This document shows, in pieces, positions 1 to 9,991 of a DNA stretch of 38,895 nt. Under the pieces are notes generated by a model. That model was not told where the DNA came from. It saw only the letters and a program-made list of their open reading frames with translations, and searched no databases. The stretch lies in contig JBGFRZ010000015.1 in assembly GCA_041694835.1 (NCBI GenBank), positions 1 to 38,895 on the forward strand, given 5' to 3'. Numbering within the stretch: the first letter of the stretch is position 1; every line of letters begins with the position of its first letter. The translations under genes were made by a program, and so were the position numbers. This DNA is from Ignavibacteria bacterium. GTDB lineage: Bacteria > Elusimicrobiota > Endomicrobiia > PHAN01.

Positions 1-1
1 A

Positions 2-64
2 AGTTTGAGAGAAAATTCAGAAATTGAAAGAACTGTCAGCAATTTTTCAAACATAAATTGCTAA
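2..64 (+). CDS. 3' end of a gene entering from upstream (..SLRENSEIERTVSNFSNINC*), product unknown
   Basis: Frame 2 is open from the window edge to TAA at 62-64, while the other two frames stop earlier. Too short to verify. Confidence 0.3.
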   Translation, partial: SLRENSEIERTVSNFSNINC

Positions 65-122
65 ACCTACCGGCTAAATGGCGCTGGCTTTGCTAAATAC
101 TGACTTTTTCAACACTCTCACT

Positions 123-389
123 ATGAAAAACTCAAAAAAGATTCTGCTTGTAGTTTTATTTGTCTCATTTGTTTCGCTTGTAAGCGCTGTCCTGGGGTGG
201 TGGAGCGGTTTCTCTTCTATTCTTGAAACGGGGGCTTACGAATTGTCGCCTGGCGTGGTAAAAGAGCTGAGAAAACTGATATTTTCAAGGCCTCTCTACG
301 TTTTGATTATTTTGCTTCCTTTGACCGCATTGTCGTCTTTCTTTTTCATCAAAGACATTTTGAAGAGGCCCGATGAACAAAAAAAATAA
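123..389 (+). CDS. Small two-TM membrane protein, unknown function
   Basis: ATG 123 (MKNSKK) gives a basic N-terminus and two hydrophobic segments. It overlaps the next gene. An alternative start exists at 78. Confidence 0.65.
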   Translation: MKNSKKILLVVLFVSFVSLVSAVLGWWSGFSSILETGAYELSPGVVKELRKLIFSRPLYVLIILLPLTALSSFFFIKDILKRPDEQKK

Positions 390-2055
390 TACGAAAGGCT
401 TCGGACTCGTAGAGGCGATGGTGGCGATGGCGATATTCGGCGTCGCTATCATCTCTATTACTGCAACGATGCAAATGGCGATGCTTTCAGCGGTAAAATC
501 GCGCGAACAGCTCACCTCGAGTCGTCTGCTTGATATGATATTCTCAAAACTAAAAAGCATAGATTACTTCTTTCTCTTCCAGACAAATTCAAGCCTTCCC
601 AACTTCTTCCTTTCTACCGGGACATTCCAGGGAACAACCGTCTACCCCTACAGAACCACGCTTCAAAACATACATACAATTGTAAAGAATGCCGGCTTCA
701 GCCACTACACCATCGATATCGTCTTTATGAGAAGGGACACCTCCGATGCAAACGGGAACGGGCTAACCTCCGACCTCATCGCTTTCACGGACAACGACCA
801 GAATCTGATTGATGACTACGACCCGACCATCAGATACTTTGACCAGAACTCAGACGGGGATTATTACGACACATACACCCTTGGCGGGCGCAAAATTTCA
901 GAGGAGCCCGACACCCATCTAAAGGAAGTCACAGTAAAGTTGTGGAAAAAAGGATATGTCGTGACTCAGCAGACCGAGTTGATATCACTTGAACAGTTCT
1001 CGGGAATTGAGAGCATGGCATCGGGTGCAGCCCTTAAGATCTTCATATCGCAACCTGCAAACGCAACGTTTCTATACAACCTCAACACGACCGCAAGGCA
1101 GAACGCCTTTATGCTCGCGATAACAAAATCGTATCCTTCCGACGTCACGGCATACAGGGCCGATACGTTCTATCCTTTAAGACTCTGGGGGGAAACTTCG
1201 CCGCTGGCTGTTGCGCGTTTTTATGTAAACAACACAAGCACTGAGAGGGATAACAGAACCTCGGACATGAACGGGTTATTCGATTTTCAGTCAGCCGCAG
1301 TCACAAACTATCTTGTAGAGGGACAAAACAGAATCTGGGCCAGGGCCACGAAGGACGCGAATGTCTCACCATGGGGGCCCCGTGACGTTATTGTTGACCT
1401 AAATCCGCCAACGATATCAAGTGCAATTCCGACGGGAATAGTCAAAAACAGAGCGCCAAGAGTAAGTGCCGTCATAACCGACACGGGAATATCAACAAAT
1501 ACAACATCGGGGATATGTGCCGAGGTTATAACCTTAAAAGTGAACAATAACGTCGTAAACCATCTCTACGATTCAGCAACGGGAGAGGTCGTATGGGCTG
1601 ATACCACTACTGCCGCACCCATCATTTTATCTACGGGGACATACACGGCGCTTCTAGAAGGTGGGGACAGGGCATATTATAAGGTCAGGAGCACATGGAG
1701 TTTCACGGTTGAAATAGAAGACCCCGACAACTCAGCTCCGTCGATAGCCAATAGATCTCCCATAGGAAGCGCCAATACCACGTTGCCTCTGATACAAGTG
1801 AGGGTTTTTGACAATCAAAGTGGAATAAACCCGGCAAGTATAGTACTGAAGCTCAACGGACAGGTCGTGGTAAATTCTTCAAACATAGGTTCGCACTATG
1901 ACGCATCGAGCGGCTTCGTCAGTTATCTGCCCGCCTCGCCGTTTCCAAACGGGAGCTCTCACACCGTCGAGATAACCGCAAGCCACTGGGCAACGACACC
2001 GTCCGACAAGGTTACATCGACAGACAGTTGGAATTTTTTTATCAACATCCCGTAA
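373..2055 (+). CDS. Prepilin-type N-terminal cleavage/methylation protein (PilV/GspI-like) with Asp-rich loops and C-terminal Ig-like domains
   Basis: Class III signal KG|FGLVEAMVAMAIFG with E5. DxxxDG-type loops. Repeated beta-rich D(N/L)xxPxI...SWSF/SWNF modules. Confidence 0.85.
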   Translation: MNKKNNTKGFGLVEAMVAMAIFGVAIISITATMQMAMLSAVKSREQLTSSRLLDMIFSKLKSIDYFFLFQTNSSLPNFFLSTGTFQGTTVYPYRTTLQNIHTIVKNAGFSHYTIDIVFMRRDTSDANGNGLTSDLIAFTDNDQNLIDDYDPTIRYFDQNSDGDYYDTYTLGGRKISEEPDTHLKEVTVKLWKKGYVVTQQTELISLEQFSGIESMASGAALKIFISQPANATFLYNLNTTARQNAFMLAITKSYPSDVTAYRADTFYPLRLWGETSPLAVARFYVNNTSTERDNRTSDMNGLFDFQSAAVTNYLVEGQNRIWARATKDANVSPWGPRDVIVDLNPPTISSAIPTGIVKNRAPRVSAVITDTGISTNTTSGICAEVITLKVNNNVVNHLYDSATGEVVWADTTTAAPIILSTGTYTALLEGGDRAYYKVRSTWSFTVEIEDPDNSAPSIANRSPIGSANTTLPLIQVRVFDNQSGINPASIVLKLNGQVVVNSSNIGSHYDASSGFVSYLPASPFPNGSSHTVEITASHWATTPSDKVTSTDSWNFFINIP

Positions 2056-2090
2056 TATAACAAAACCTAACAGATTTACCAATATAAAAT

Positions 2091-2942
2091 ATGCCTGCTG
2101 GAAAATTTAAATTCATATATAATTCTTTAGCCGTTTTTCGGAGAAAACTCGACCACAAGGGTCTGACATTTACGGAGATTATCGTCACCGTAGCGATACT
2201 CTCCGTCATCGCCATACCAATAGCATACTATCTGACAAGCGTCCTGAAAGGCGTCACCGATTCTCAGAAAAAAATCGAGGCACAAGAAGAGCTCAGAGTG
2301 ATGCTTTCAAAGATAGAACCCTATATAATGGAAGCGAACGAAATTTTGGAAGCCAACGCAAGCAGCATGACTTTCATATGCGATCTCACCCGGGCAAGTA
2401 TTTATAATATGTACGGCGACACCGACGGAGACGGGATACCTAACATCCAGGATCCAGACGATGACAATGATGCGCATCTCTCTTTGACATTTCCGCCCAC
2501 GGCGCAATGGAGGGTCGGCTACGACCTCAAAGACGACGATGATGACAACGACGGTTTTCTTGACATGAGAGTGAAGATATATCTCGATGCCAACCGCCTA
2601 ATAATGGCTGTTTCAGAAAATGAAGGACCTTGGAAAAGTGTGGTCTGGCTCGAGGGTATAACATCGTTCAACCTTTCCTACTTCGGCTCAAAGAGGGAAG
2701 ACCTCGGGAAAAATATAGACCTTGACAACGACGGAGTAATCACATCCTATGAGATAGATTGGACATTGCCACCCACAGGTCACGGCAACCGCTCAGGGCG
2801 AATCGACACAAAAGACGAACTCAAATATATAGTATCGGTCTATCTTGATGTCGGAATCGACAAAAACAGGGACGGCGTCGAGGATTACAGCATGGAAACG
2901 GAGCTCGCACCGCATCTTCTTGTGCTAAAAAGAAGGCAGTGA
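2091..2942 (+). CDS. Prepilin-type protein (PilW/GspJ-like) with DxDxDG Ca-binding-like motifs
   Basis: KG|LTFTEIIVTVAIL with E5. Motifs DTDGDGIPNIQDPDDDND, DDDNDG, DLDNDG and DKNRDG. Confidence 0.85.
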   Translation: MPAGKFKFIYNSLAVFRRKLDHKGLTFTEIIVTVAILSVIAIPIAYYLTSVLKGVTDSQKKIEAQEELRVMLSKIEPYIMEANEILEANASSMTFICDLTRASIYNMYGDTDGDGIPNIQDPDDDNDAHLSLTFPPTAQWRVGYDLKDDDDDNDGFLDMRVKIYLDANRLIMAVSENEGPWKSVVWLEGITSFNLSYFGSKREDLGKNIDLDNDGVITSYEIDWTLPPTGHGNRSGRIDTKDELKYIVSVYLDVGIDKNRDGVEDYSMETELAPHLLVLKRRQ

Positions 2943-4177
2943 AAATGAAAAAAAATCAGAATAACAAAGGAATGGCGCTTGTAACGGTACTGATGATACT
3001 TTTTTTTATTCTACCCGTTACATTAGTATTTCTTAATTACGCCACACATCATCACCGCACCACCACACAGGAGCGCCAGATTAAAACGGCCAGATCCATA
3101 GCGAACAACGTCCTCGTTGACCTGATGAGGCAGTTCTCTCAGAGCTACTACGAAAACAGGTACGACTGGGATTATATCAGACGCGGAGAAAGCTTCTACA
3201 AGGTGGGGTTTTCCAGCGTTTCTATGATTGCAGACAGTATAAATCACTCTCTATATGTAGAGGCTTTGGGAAAATACGGGCAAGATCCCTCACATCCGTT
3301 GTTTCAAAAAAGGCTCCATGCCCTGATACAATTCGTCTCGCCGTGGACGGACTTCGGAACGATGATAAACTCAAATTTCACGACTTCGGCAAGCAACGTT
3401 ACCTACACGGGCAAATTCTGGATAAACGGAAATTACTCCGTAACAGGTACGAATGTTAGATTTTTAGGAGGACCCGTTTATGTCTCGGGAAACGTCTCGG
3501 GAGGAGCGAGCGTTGTCATAGACGGAGATCTTTACTATGGCGGAAGCTCCGCCGGAAATGTAACCGTCACAGGGACAAAGTACAACTTTATGCCTGAAAT
3601 GACCTATCCCACGGTAAACACAAGTTATTACGCCGCAAACTACAACTACCAATTGACAACAAACTCAACGATAGTTTTCAACTCAAACGGAACATTCACC
3701 GTGGTGGGCTCGACGACTATAGCCATACCTCAGACGGGATTTATCATATACGCACGGAACTGCAACCTCACGATAAGGGGAATCGTTCGCGGCAGAGTGA
3801 CGATAGTCGCCGCCGGAACCGGCCCAAACGGAGTAATAACCGTCAACGACAACCTTGTTTACGCCAACGGCACGAACTCAGCGTCAATCAATGACTCGCT
3901 TGCCGTCGTTTCCACAAACAGGATAAATTTTTCAAAAATAGGAACAGACCTCACTGTCAACGGCGTCTTCAACATAAGCGGTACAAACAATTTCACTCTC
4001 ACGGGTTCATCCGGCAGGGTTTTCCGCCTTTATGGAAGCAGAAACAAAGGCATTTCAATGTCGCCATCTACAAGCTTCAGCGGCGGCAGACTTATTGAAT
4101 ACGATATAAACCTCAATCGCTTCCCTCCGCCAGGACTTCCAGAAAAACCCTATCTCGTAACATGGCACATGAAATAA
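2939..4177 (+). CDS. PilX/GspK-like minor pilin with N/T/G-rich beta-solenoid-like C-terminus
   Basis: KG|MALVTVLMIL lacks E5, as is typical of PilX/GspK. GTGA overlap with the previous stop. Ends in LVTW. Confidence 0.8.
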   Translation: MKMKKNQNNKGMALVTVLMILFFILPVTLVFLNYATHHHRTTTQERQIKTARSIANNVLVDLMRQFSQSYYENRYDWDYIRRGESFYKVGFSSVSMIADSINHSLYVEALGKYGQDPSHPLFQKRLHALIQFVSPWTDFGTMINSNFTTSASNVTYTGKFWINGNYSVTGTNVRFLGGPVYVSGNVSGGASVVIDGDLYYGGSSAGNVTVTGTKYNFMPEMTYPTVNTSYYAANYNYQLTTNSTIVFNSNGTFTVVGSTTIAIPQTGFIIYARNCNLTIRGIVRGRVTIVAAGTGPNGVITVNDNLVYANGTNSASINDSLAVVSTNRINFSKIGTDLTVNGVFNISGTNNFTLTGSSGRVFRLYGSRNKGISMSPSTSFSGGRLIEYDINLNRFPPPGLPEKPYLVTWHMK

Positions 4178-4438
4178 GGGGTTGCCAAAGAATAATCTTG
4201 ATTTTTTGGCAGGGGGTATTTTGTTCCAGGGCAAGGCGTAAAGAGCGAGCATACTTGATAAAGTATGTAAGCGATGAACAACGCAGCCATGGGACAAAAG
4301 ACCCCTTGCCCTTCGGGAGAACTAATTTCTTCGTTGCTCGTCAGGTTACATACTTATTCAAGTATGTCCCTTCCTCACGCCTTGAAATCGCCTCAAACTT
4401 AGTTCTCCAAAATGTCAATATTATTCTTTGGCAACCCC
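4178..4438. mobile_element. MITE-like element with 19-bp perfect TIRs and a TAA target duplication
   Basis: GGGGTTGCCAAAGAATAAT (4178-4196) pairs with ATTATTCTTTGGCAACCCC (4420-4438). TAA lies at 4175-4177 and 4439-4441. The interior is palindromic. Confidence 0.85.
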
Positions 4439-4466
4439 TAACCCTTCCTGAATTTTGTTCGATTTT

Positions 4467-4475
4467 TGCTATAAT
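4467..4475 (+). promoter_or_regulatory. Extended -10 promoter element (TGcTATAAT) for the opp operon
   Basis: TG at 4467-68 and TATAAT at 4470-75. No good -35 element. Confidence 0.5.
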
Positions 4476-4482
4476 TTAATCC

Positions 4483-6123
4483 GTGAAAACAACAAAAATG
4501 CCGATTTTATTTTTAGCCGTTTTCTGTTTTCTGGTGTCCTGCACGGGCGGCGGTGAAAAAATAAAAGAAATTGAAACGGCGAAAATGCAAAAAAGTAAAT
4601 ACAGCGGGGACACTTATGTCGCGGCGCTTCTCGGGGATGCGAGCTACCTCAATCCGGTCCTGGCTAGCGATTCGGCGAGTGCGATGATAAACAACCTCGT
4701 CTATAACGGCTTGGTAAAGTACGACAAGGATATAAAAATCACAGGTGTTCTCGCCGAAAAGTGGCAAGTTTTAGACGGCGGCAAAACAATAGTATTTCAT
4801 CTCAGAAAAAACGTGAAATGGCACGATGGAAAGCCCTTCAGCGCGGAAGATGTAAAATTTACTTACGAAAAACTGATAGACCCGAAAACGAAAACGCCGT
4901 ATTCTTCGGATTACCTTCTTGTCAAATCCTTCAAAATAATTGACCCACACACAATAAAAATAGATTACAAAAAACCGTTCTCACCGGCACTCGAGTCCTG
5001 GGGAATTGGGATAATACCGAAGCACATATTCGAAAAAAGCGACTTCAACTCGAACCCAGCCAACAGAATGCCCGTCGGAACAGGGCCTTTTAAATTCAAA
5101 GAGTGGAAGACCGACGAAAAGATAGTTCTTGTCGCAAATGAAAACTACTTTGAGGGGAGACCATACATAAACAGGGTGATATATCGTATAGTCCCAGACC
5201 AGTCGGTACAGTTTCTTGAACTCAGAAACGAGTCCATAGATGAAATGGGCCTCACGCCGGATCAGTTTAACGCATACGACGAGTTTTTTAAGTCATACAA
5301 CAAATTCAGATATCCTGCTTTTTCTTACACTTATCTCGGCTTCAACCTTCAAAATCCGATTTTTTCGGACACAGAAGTTCGAAAGGCTATCGCCCACGCC
5401 ATTGACAAATCAAAGATTATAGACGGCGTACTTCTGGGTATGGGAAAACCGGCGACGGGGCCATTTCCGCCTACCTCATGGGCGTACAACCCGGATGTTA
5501 AAGATTTCGAGCATAATCCCGAACTTTCAAAAAAACTACTCCAAAAGGCGGGTTTCGAGTTAAACCACAAGGGGTTTATGGTAGACAAAAAGACAAAAAA
5601 AATACTTGAAATAACGATTATGACAAACCAGGGAAACAAAATTAGGGCAATGTGTGCGGAGATAATACAATCACAACTTAAAAATATAGGTATAAAGACA
5701 AACATAAGGATTATCGAGTGGTCGACTTTCATACACCAGTTCATAGACAAAAAAAACTTCGACGCCGTCATACTCGGATGGTCGCTCTCAAGAGATCCCG
5801 ACCAATTCTCAATATGGCACTCGGAGCAGACAAAACAAGGGCAGTATAACTTCGTGTCGTACAAAAACCCGGAAGTTGACAAACTGCTCAAACTCGGGCG
5901 AACGACCTTCGGTCAAAGCGAAAGACAAAATATATATAGGAAAATACATCGGATAATACACGCAGACGCACCGTATATATTTCTTTACTATCCGGAGGCA
6001 CTTCCCGTTATACACAAAAGATTCATAGGACCCGAGGTCTCCCCACTTGGCATCGGATGGAATTTCAGGGAGTGGCGCGTTCCTGCAGAAAAAATAAAAT
6101 ATGAGCTCGTTGAAAAACCTTAA
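4483..6123 (+). CDS. oppA: Peptide ABC transporter substrate-binding lipoprotein (family 5, AppA/OppA-like)
   Basis: Lipobox LVSC. Motifs LAEKW, LRKNVKWHDGKPFSAEDVKFTY, PVGTGPF and VRKAIAHAIDK. Confidence 0.92.
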   Translation: MKTTKMPILFLAVFCFLVSCTGGGEKIKEIETAKMQKSKYSGDTYVAALLGDASYLNPVLASDSASAMINNLVYNGLVKYDKDIKITGVLAEKWQVLDGGKTIVFHLRKNVKWHDGKPFSAEDVKFTYEKLIDPKTKTPYSSDYLLVKSFKIIDPHTIKIDYKKPFSPALESWGIGIIPKHIFEKSDFNSNPANRMPVGTGPFKFKEWKTDEKIVLVANENYFEGRPYINRVIYRIVPDQSVQFLELRNESIDEMGLTPDQFNAYDEFFKSYNKFRYPAFSYTYLGFNLQNPIFSDTEVRKAIAHAIDKSKIIDGVLLGMGKPATGPFPPTSWAYNPDVKDFEHNPELSKKLLQKAGFELNHKGFMVDKKTKKILEITIMTNQGNKIRAMCAEIIQSQLKNIGIKTNIRIIEWSTFIHQFIDKKNFDAVILGWSLSRDPDQFSIWHSEQTKQGQYNFVSYKNPEVDKLLKLGRTTFGQSERQNIYRKIHRIIHADAPYIFLYYPEALPVIHKRFIGPEVSPLGIGWNFREWRVPAEKIKYELVEKP

Positions 6124-6278
6124 TCTTTTGAACGATTTGGCAGTTTTAGGTTAAAAGTTGAAATCGTTTAGACCGCAATGTCCGACGAGCAAAGCGAGGA
6201 GTTTTGCGGTCTGATTGAAACTTTTAACCGTTAAGAAACTGCCCTTTAAGTGAAAAAGATGGGTTTTTCAATAATCTC
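6103..6278. mobile_element. 176-bp MITE, family A, copy 1
   Basis: Imperfect 17-bp TIRs GAGCTCGTTGAAAAACC / GGTTTTTCAATAATCTC. AATAT direct repeat at 6098-6102 and 6279-6283. Near-identical inverted copy at 10057-10232. Confidence 0.9.
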
Positions 6279-6325
6279 AATATACAGACTGACAAGAAAA
6301 TCCGCGGGGATTTCATAGGAGAAAA

Positions 6326-7012
6326 ATGACAATTAAAGCGGTATTGTTCGATGTCGACAACACGCTTGTCGATTTTATGAGGATGAAAAACATCGCGGTC
6401 GAGACGGCAGTAGATTATATGCTGAGCGCGGGACTGCCCGGGAAAAAGGAGGAGATAATCTCCGAGATATTCAAAATTTACAAGGAAACGCATATAGAAA
6501 GTCAGAATGCCCTTGAGCATGTAATCGAGAAAAGGATGAACCATCTTGATAGAAGGATTCTGGCCCTGGGAATCATAGGATACCAGCGGGGACGGGATAT
6601 GGCAACATACACCTATCCGAAAGTCGAATACACCATAAAAGAGATACTGAGAATGGGGCTCAGAGCTGGGGTCGTCTCCGACGCTCCAGCCGAACAGTGC
6701 TACAACCGCCTGGCCAGGCTTCATCTGATACCATGGCTTGATGTAGTTGTAACTTACGACGACACGAAAGAATACAAACCATCCGAAAAACCTTTTCTCC
6801 TCGCCCTTGAGAGGATGTCGCTAACTTCCAAAGAGGTTCTCTATATAGGCGATTGGCCCCAGAAGGATATCGTGGGAGCAAAGAAAGTCGGCCTTGTGAC
6901 TGTTTTTGCGAGGTGGGGCGAACACGGAGATGCTCCGGATACCGGCGCCGACTACGACCTGATTGCCGTCGAGGATGTGCTGAAAGTCATAAAAAAAATA
7001 AATGGAAAATGA
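6326..7012 (+). CDS. HAD-superfamily hydrolase, subfamily IA
   Basis: Motif I FDVDNT, motif II VVSD, KP motif III, and GDWPQKDIVGA motif IV. AGGAG RBS. Confidence 0.9.
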   Translation: MTIKAVLFDVDNTLVDFMRMKNIAVETAVDYMLSAGLPGKKEEIISEIFKIYKETHIESQNALEHVIEKRMNHLDRRILALGIIGYQRGRDMATYTYPKVEYTIKEILRMGLRAGVVSDAPAEQCYNRLARLHLIPWLDVVVTYDDTKEYKPSEKPFLLALERMSLTSKEVLYIGDWPQKDIVGAKKVGLVTVFARWGEHGDAPDTGADYDLIAVEDVLKVIKKINGK

Positions 7013-7088
7013 ACCCCATAATTTCACAGAAAAAATATTAACAGGATTTTATCTGCGGATATCTGCATAGATGGTTCCAATATCATAA

Positions 7089-8057
7089 ATGAAAGAGTAC
7101 ATATTCAAGCGAGTTGTTCAAAGCATCCCGGTGCTCATAGGCATAACCTTCGTCAGTTTCTTCGTAATGCAGCTTGCTCCGGGAAAACCAACCGATGTTA
7201 CCGATTTCAGCGCGAAAATATCCGCCGAGTCAAAAGAGCGACTCGTAAAACTCTACGGTCTCGACAAGCCCGTTTATGTCCAATATGTCGGATGGCTTTG
7301 GAGGTTCGTAAGGCTCGACTTCGGAAATTCGTTCAAGGACAACAGACCTGCCATCATAAAAATCGCGGAGAGATTGCCAGCAACTCTTCTTTTGAACATC
7401 TCATCTATCATTCTGATTTTTGCGCTTGCCATACCGCTCGGGGTGTACTCCGCCGTCAAACACAATACATTAGCGGAAAGAGTTGTTACGACTTTCGTTT
7501 TCGTTGGACACTCTCTTCCCGCCTTCTGGCTGGCTCTTCTATGCATAATTCTTTTCGGACTCAAACTCGGTGTTCTTCCCATCTCGGGCATCCGCTCTCT
7601 GAACTACGAGATGCTTTCTCCCATAGGAAAAATAACCGACATAGCGAGCCATCTTGTTCTACCTGTTTTCATAACGGCTTTCACGGGGATGGCTGGTGTG
7701 ACGAGATACTCGAAAACAGGCATGCTTGACGTCCTGAGAAAGGACTTTGTAAGATACGCATACGCGAAAGGAGTTGCGGAAAAAAATATACTCTTCGTGC
7801 ATGCTCTTAAAAACGCTCTTCTTCCTGTAATAACGATAATTGGCCTTTCGCTGCCCGGGGTGGTCGGCGGCGGATTCATTTTCGAGACTATATTCGCATA
7901 TCCGGGGATGGGACGGCTCGGATACGAGGCTATAATGGCGAGGGACTACCCCGTCGTCATGGCAGTAGGGGTTATCGTGGCCATACTTACGCTCCTCGGC
8001 AATATCGTCGCAGACATCCTTTATGCCTTTGCGGACCCGAGGATAAGATACAGATAA
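7089..8057 (+). CDS. oppB: Peptide ABC transporter permease
   Basis: LAPG, YGLDKP..VQY, DFGNSF, ERLPAT, EAA-like YAKG loop, ETIFAYPGMG, DPRIR. Confidence 0.93.
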   Translation: MKEYIFKRVVQSIPVLIGITFVSFFVMQLAPGKPTDVTDFSAKISAESKERLVKLYGLDKPVYVQYVGWLWRFVRLDFGNSFKDNRPAIIKIAERLPATLLLNISSIILIFALAIPLGVYSAVKHNTLAERVVTTFVFVGHSLPAFWLALLCIILFGLKLGVLPISGIRSLNYEMLSPIGKITDIASHLVLPVFITAFTGMAGVTRYSKTGMLDVLRKDFVRYAYAKGVAEKNILFVHALKNALLPVITIIGLSLPGVVGGGFIFETIFAYPGMGRLGYEAIMARDYPVVMAVGVIVAILTLLGNIVADILYAFADPRIRYR

Positions 8058-8119
8058 AATATTCCGACAGGATTTCGCGGAGCAAATACTGCGTTCAAAA
8101 TCCCGTCGATGGAAATTAA

Positions 8120-8947
8120 ATGATAAAAATTTACTTAAAAAGATTCGCGGAAAAAAAATCGGCCCTTATCGGAAGCCTGATAATACTTCTGATAGCGATT
8201 CTCGGTATCATGGCGCCTATTATATCGCCTTATCGTCCAGACGAACAAAACATAGTCGGGCGGCTAAAATCTCCATCGCAAAAACACATACTCGGGACCG
8301 ACGACCTCGGCCGGGATTTACTCTCGAGGATGCTTTATTCTATAAGGATATCATTTTCGGTCGGACTGATGGCGGTTTTCATATCGGTTGTCATAGGAAG
8401 TTTCATGGGGGTGGTCAGCGGCTATTTCGGAGGGAAAATCGATTTTATCATAATGAGATTCGTCGACATAATGCTCTGCTTCCCGACTTTTTTCCTGATA
8501 CTTTTGGTAATTGCGTTCCTTGAGCCGAGTATATTCACGGTCATGGCGATAATAGGTTTGACATCCTGGATGGGTCTTGCAAGGATTGTGAGGGCCGAGG
8601 TTATGTCGCTTAAAGAAAGGGAGTTCGTTCTCGCCGCAAGGCTTCTTGGTCTTTCCCGCTTAAGGATATTCATTGTCCACATCATCCCTAACGTGATATC
8701 GCCGATACTGGTCTCAGCTACAATGGGGGTGGGTTCGGCGATACTCGTCGAATCGGGTCTCTCTTTTCTCGGACTGGGTGTCCAGCCCCCGATGCCTTCA
8801 TGGGGACAGATAATCTCAAGCGGAAAGGACTATATACACATAGCATGGTGGCTTACGTTATTTCCGGGCATTTCAATACTTCTGACGGTTTTATCATTTA
8901 ACCTCCTCAGTGACGGGCTCAGGGATGTGTTCGACCCGAGACGTTAG
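8120..8947 (+). CDS. oppC: Peptide ABC transporter permease
   Basis: HILGTDDLGRD, EFVLAARLLG, LSFLGLGVQPPMPSWG, DGLRDVFDP. Confidence 0.93.
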   Translation: MIKIYLKRFAEKKSALIGSLIILLIAILGIMAPIISPYRPDEQNIVGRLKSPSQKHILGTDDLGRDLLSRMLYSIRISFSVGLMAVFISVVIGSFMGVVSGYFGGKIDFIIMRFVDIMLCFPTFFLILLVIAFLEPSIFTVMAIIGLTSWMGLARIVRAEVMSLKEREFVLAARLLGLSRLRIFIVHIIPNVISPILVSATMGVGSAILVESGLSFLGLGVQPPMPSWGQIISSGKDYIHIAWWLTLFPGISILLTVLSFNLLSDGLRDVFDPRR

Positions 8948-9022
8948 AAACACCGGGGTTCTTAAAGAGAAACTGAAAGTTTCAACTGAAGTTGTTATCA
9001 TCAGAAATTTCTATCGGGATAA

Positions 9023-9991
9023 ATGGACATACTTAAAGTCGAAAATCTATCGTCGGAATACCTCATACACAACAAAGCCGTCAAAATTTTAAGGGACGTT
9101 TCGTTCACTCTCAAAAAAGGCGAAACGATCGCGGTGGTGGGCGAATCCGGAAGCGGAAAAACAACGCTCGGCTATTCAATATTGAGGCTCATAATGCCGT
9201 GGGAAGGGAGAATAACCGGAGGGAAGATATTATTCAATCCCGAAAACAGCGGGTTTCAAGACATCCTTTCAGTGAACAAAAACGATTTGAGAGATATAAG
9301 ATCAAGGAAAATATCGATAATATTTCAGGATTCGAACTCATCGCTTAATCCTGTAATGAAAATATCAAGCCAGATGACGGAACTTCTCGAAAATAAATTA
9401 TCCGAAAAACAAAAAAAATCGGCAGCTATCGCCGCCTTGCAAATGGTTAAACTTCCCGAAAGAATCTACAACTCATATCCGCATCAACTTTCCGGCGGAC
9501 AGAAGCAGAGGGTCGCTATAGCCATGAGCACACTGAACAATCCCGAGATACTTATAGCCGACGAACCCACGACGGGACTGGATGCCACGATAGCCAGGGA
9601 AATAGTGGAGTTGCTTTACGAACTGAAAGAAAAATATAAAATGTCGCTCATACTGATAACTCATAATTTAAGACTCGCGTACAGTTTCTGCGAAAGAATC
9701 ATCGTTATGTACGCGGGTGAAGTTTTTGAAACAGCCGACGCAAAAAGTATAACAAATAATCCGAAGCATCCCTATACAATGGGGCTCTCGGAGGCGCTTC
9801 CCGACGCGCGGGATATAAAAAAGGAGCTAAAACCACTTCAAGGTAATCCGCCATCGCACGAGGATCTTCCGCAAGGATGTTATTTCGCCCCGAGATGCCA
9901 TTTCAAAATGGCTCTCTGCGAGAAATCGCACCCGGAGATTTTCAAAGCAGACGGAACGGCCGTAAGATGTTTTTTGCATAAGCCCCGTTAG
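9023..9991 (+). CDS. oppD: Peptide ABC transporter ATPase with C-terminal Fe-S-binding extension
   Basis: GESGSGKT, YPHQLSGGQKQR, IADEPTT, HPYT, GCYFAPRC..C..C. Confidence 0.93.
   Translation: MDILKVENLSSEYLIHNKAVKILRDVSFTLKKGETIAVVGESGSGKTTLGYSILRLIMPWEGRITGGKILFNPENSGFQDILSVNKNDLRDIRSRKISIIFQDSNSSLNPVMKISSQMTELLENKLSEKQKKSAAIAALQMVKLPERIYNSYPHQLSGGQKQRVAIAMSTLNNPEILIADEPTTGLDATIAREIVELLYELKEKYKMSLILITHNLRLAYSFCERIIVMYAGEVFETADAKSITNNPKHPYTMGLSEALPDARDIKKELKPLQGNPPSHEDLPQGCYFAPRCHFKMALCEKSHPEIFKADGTAVRCFLHKPR

Noticed and set aside
4162-4479. 105-aa + strand ORF (and 4055-4297 on the - strand)
   Set aside because: It lies across the palindromic MITE, has no RBS and shows no protein motifs.
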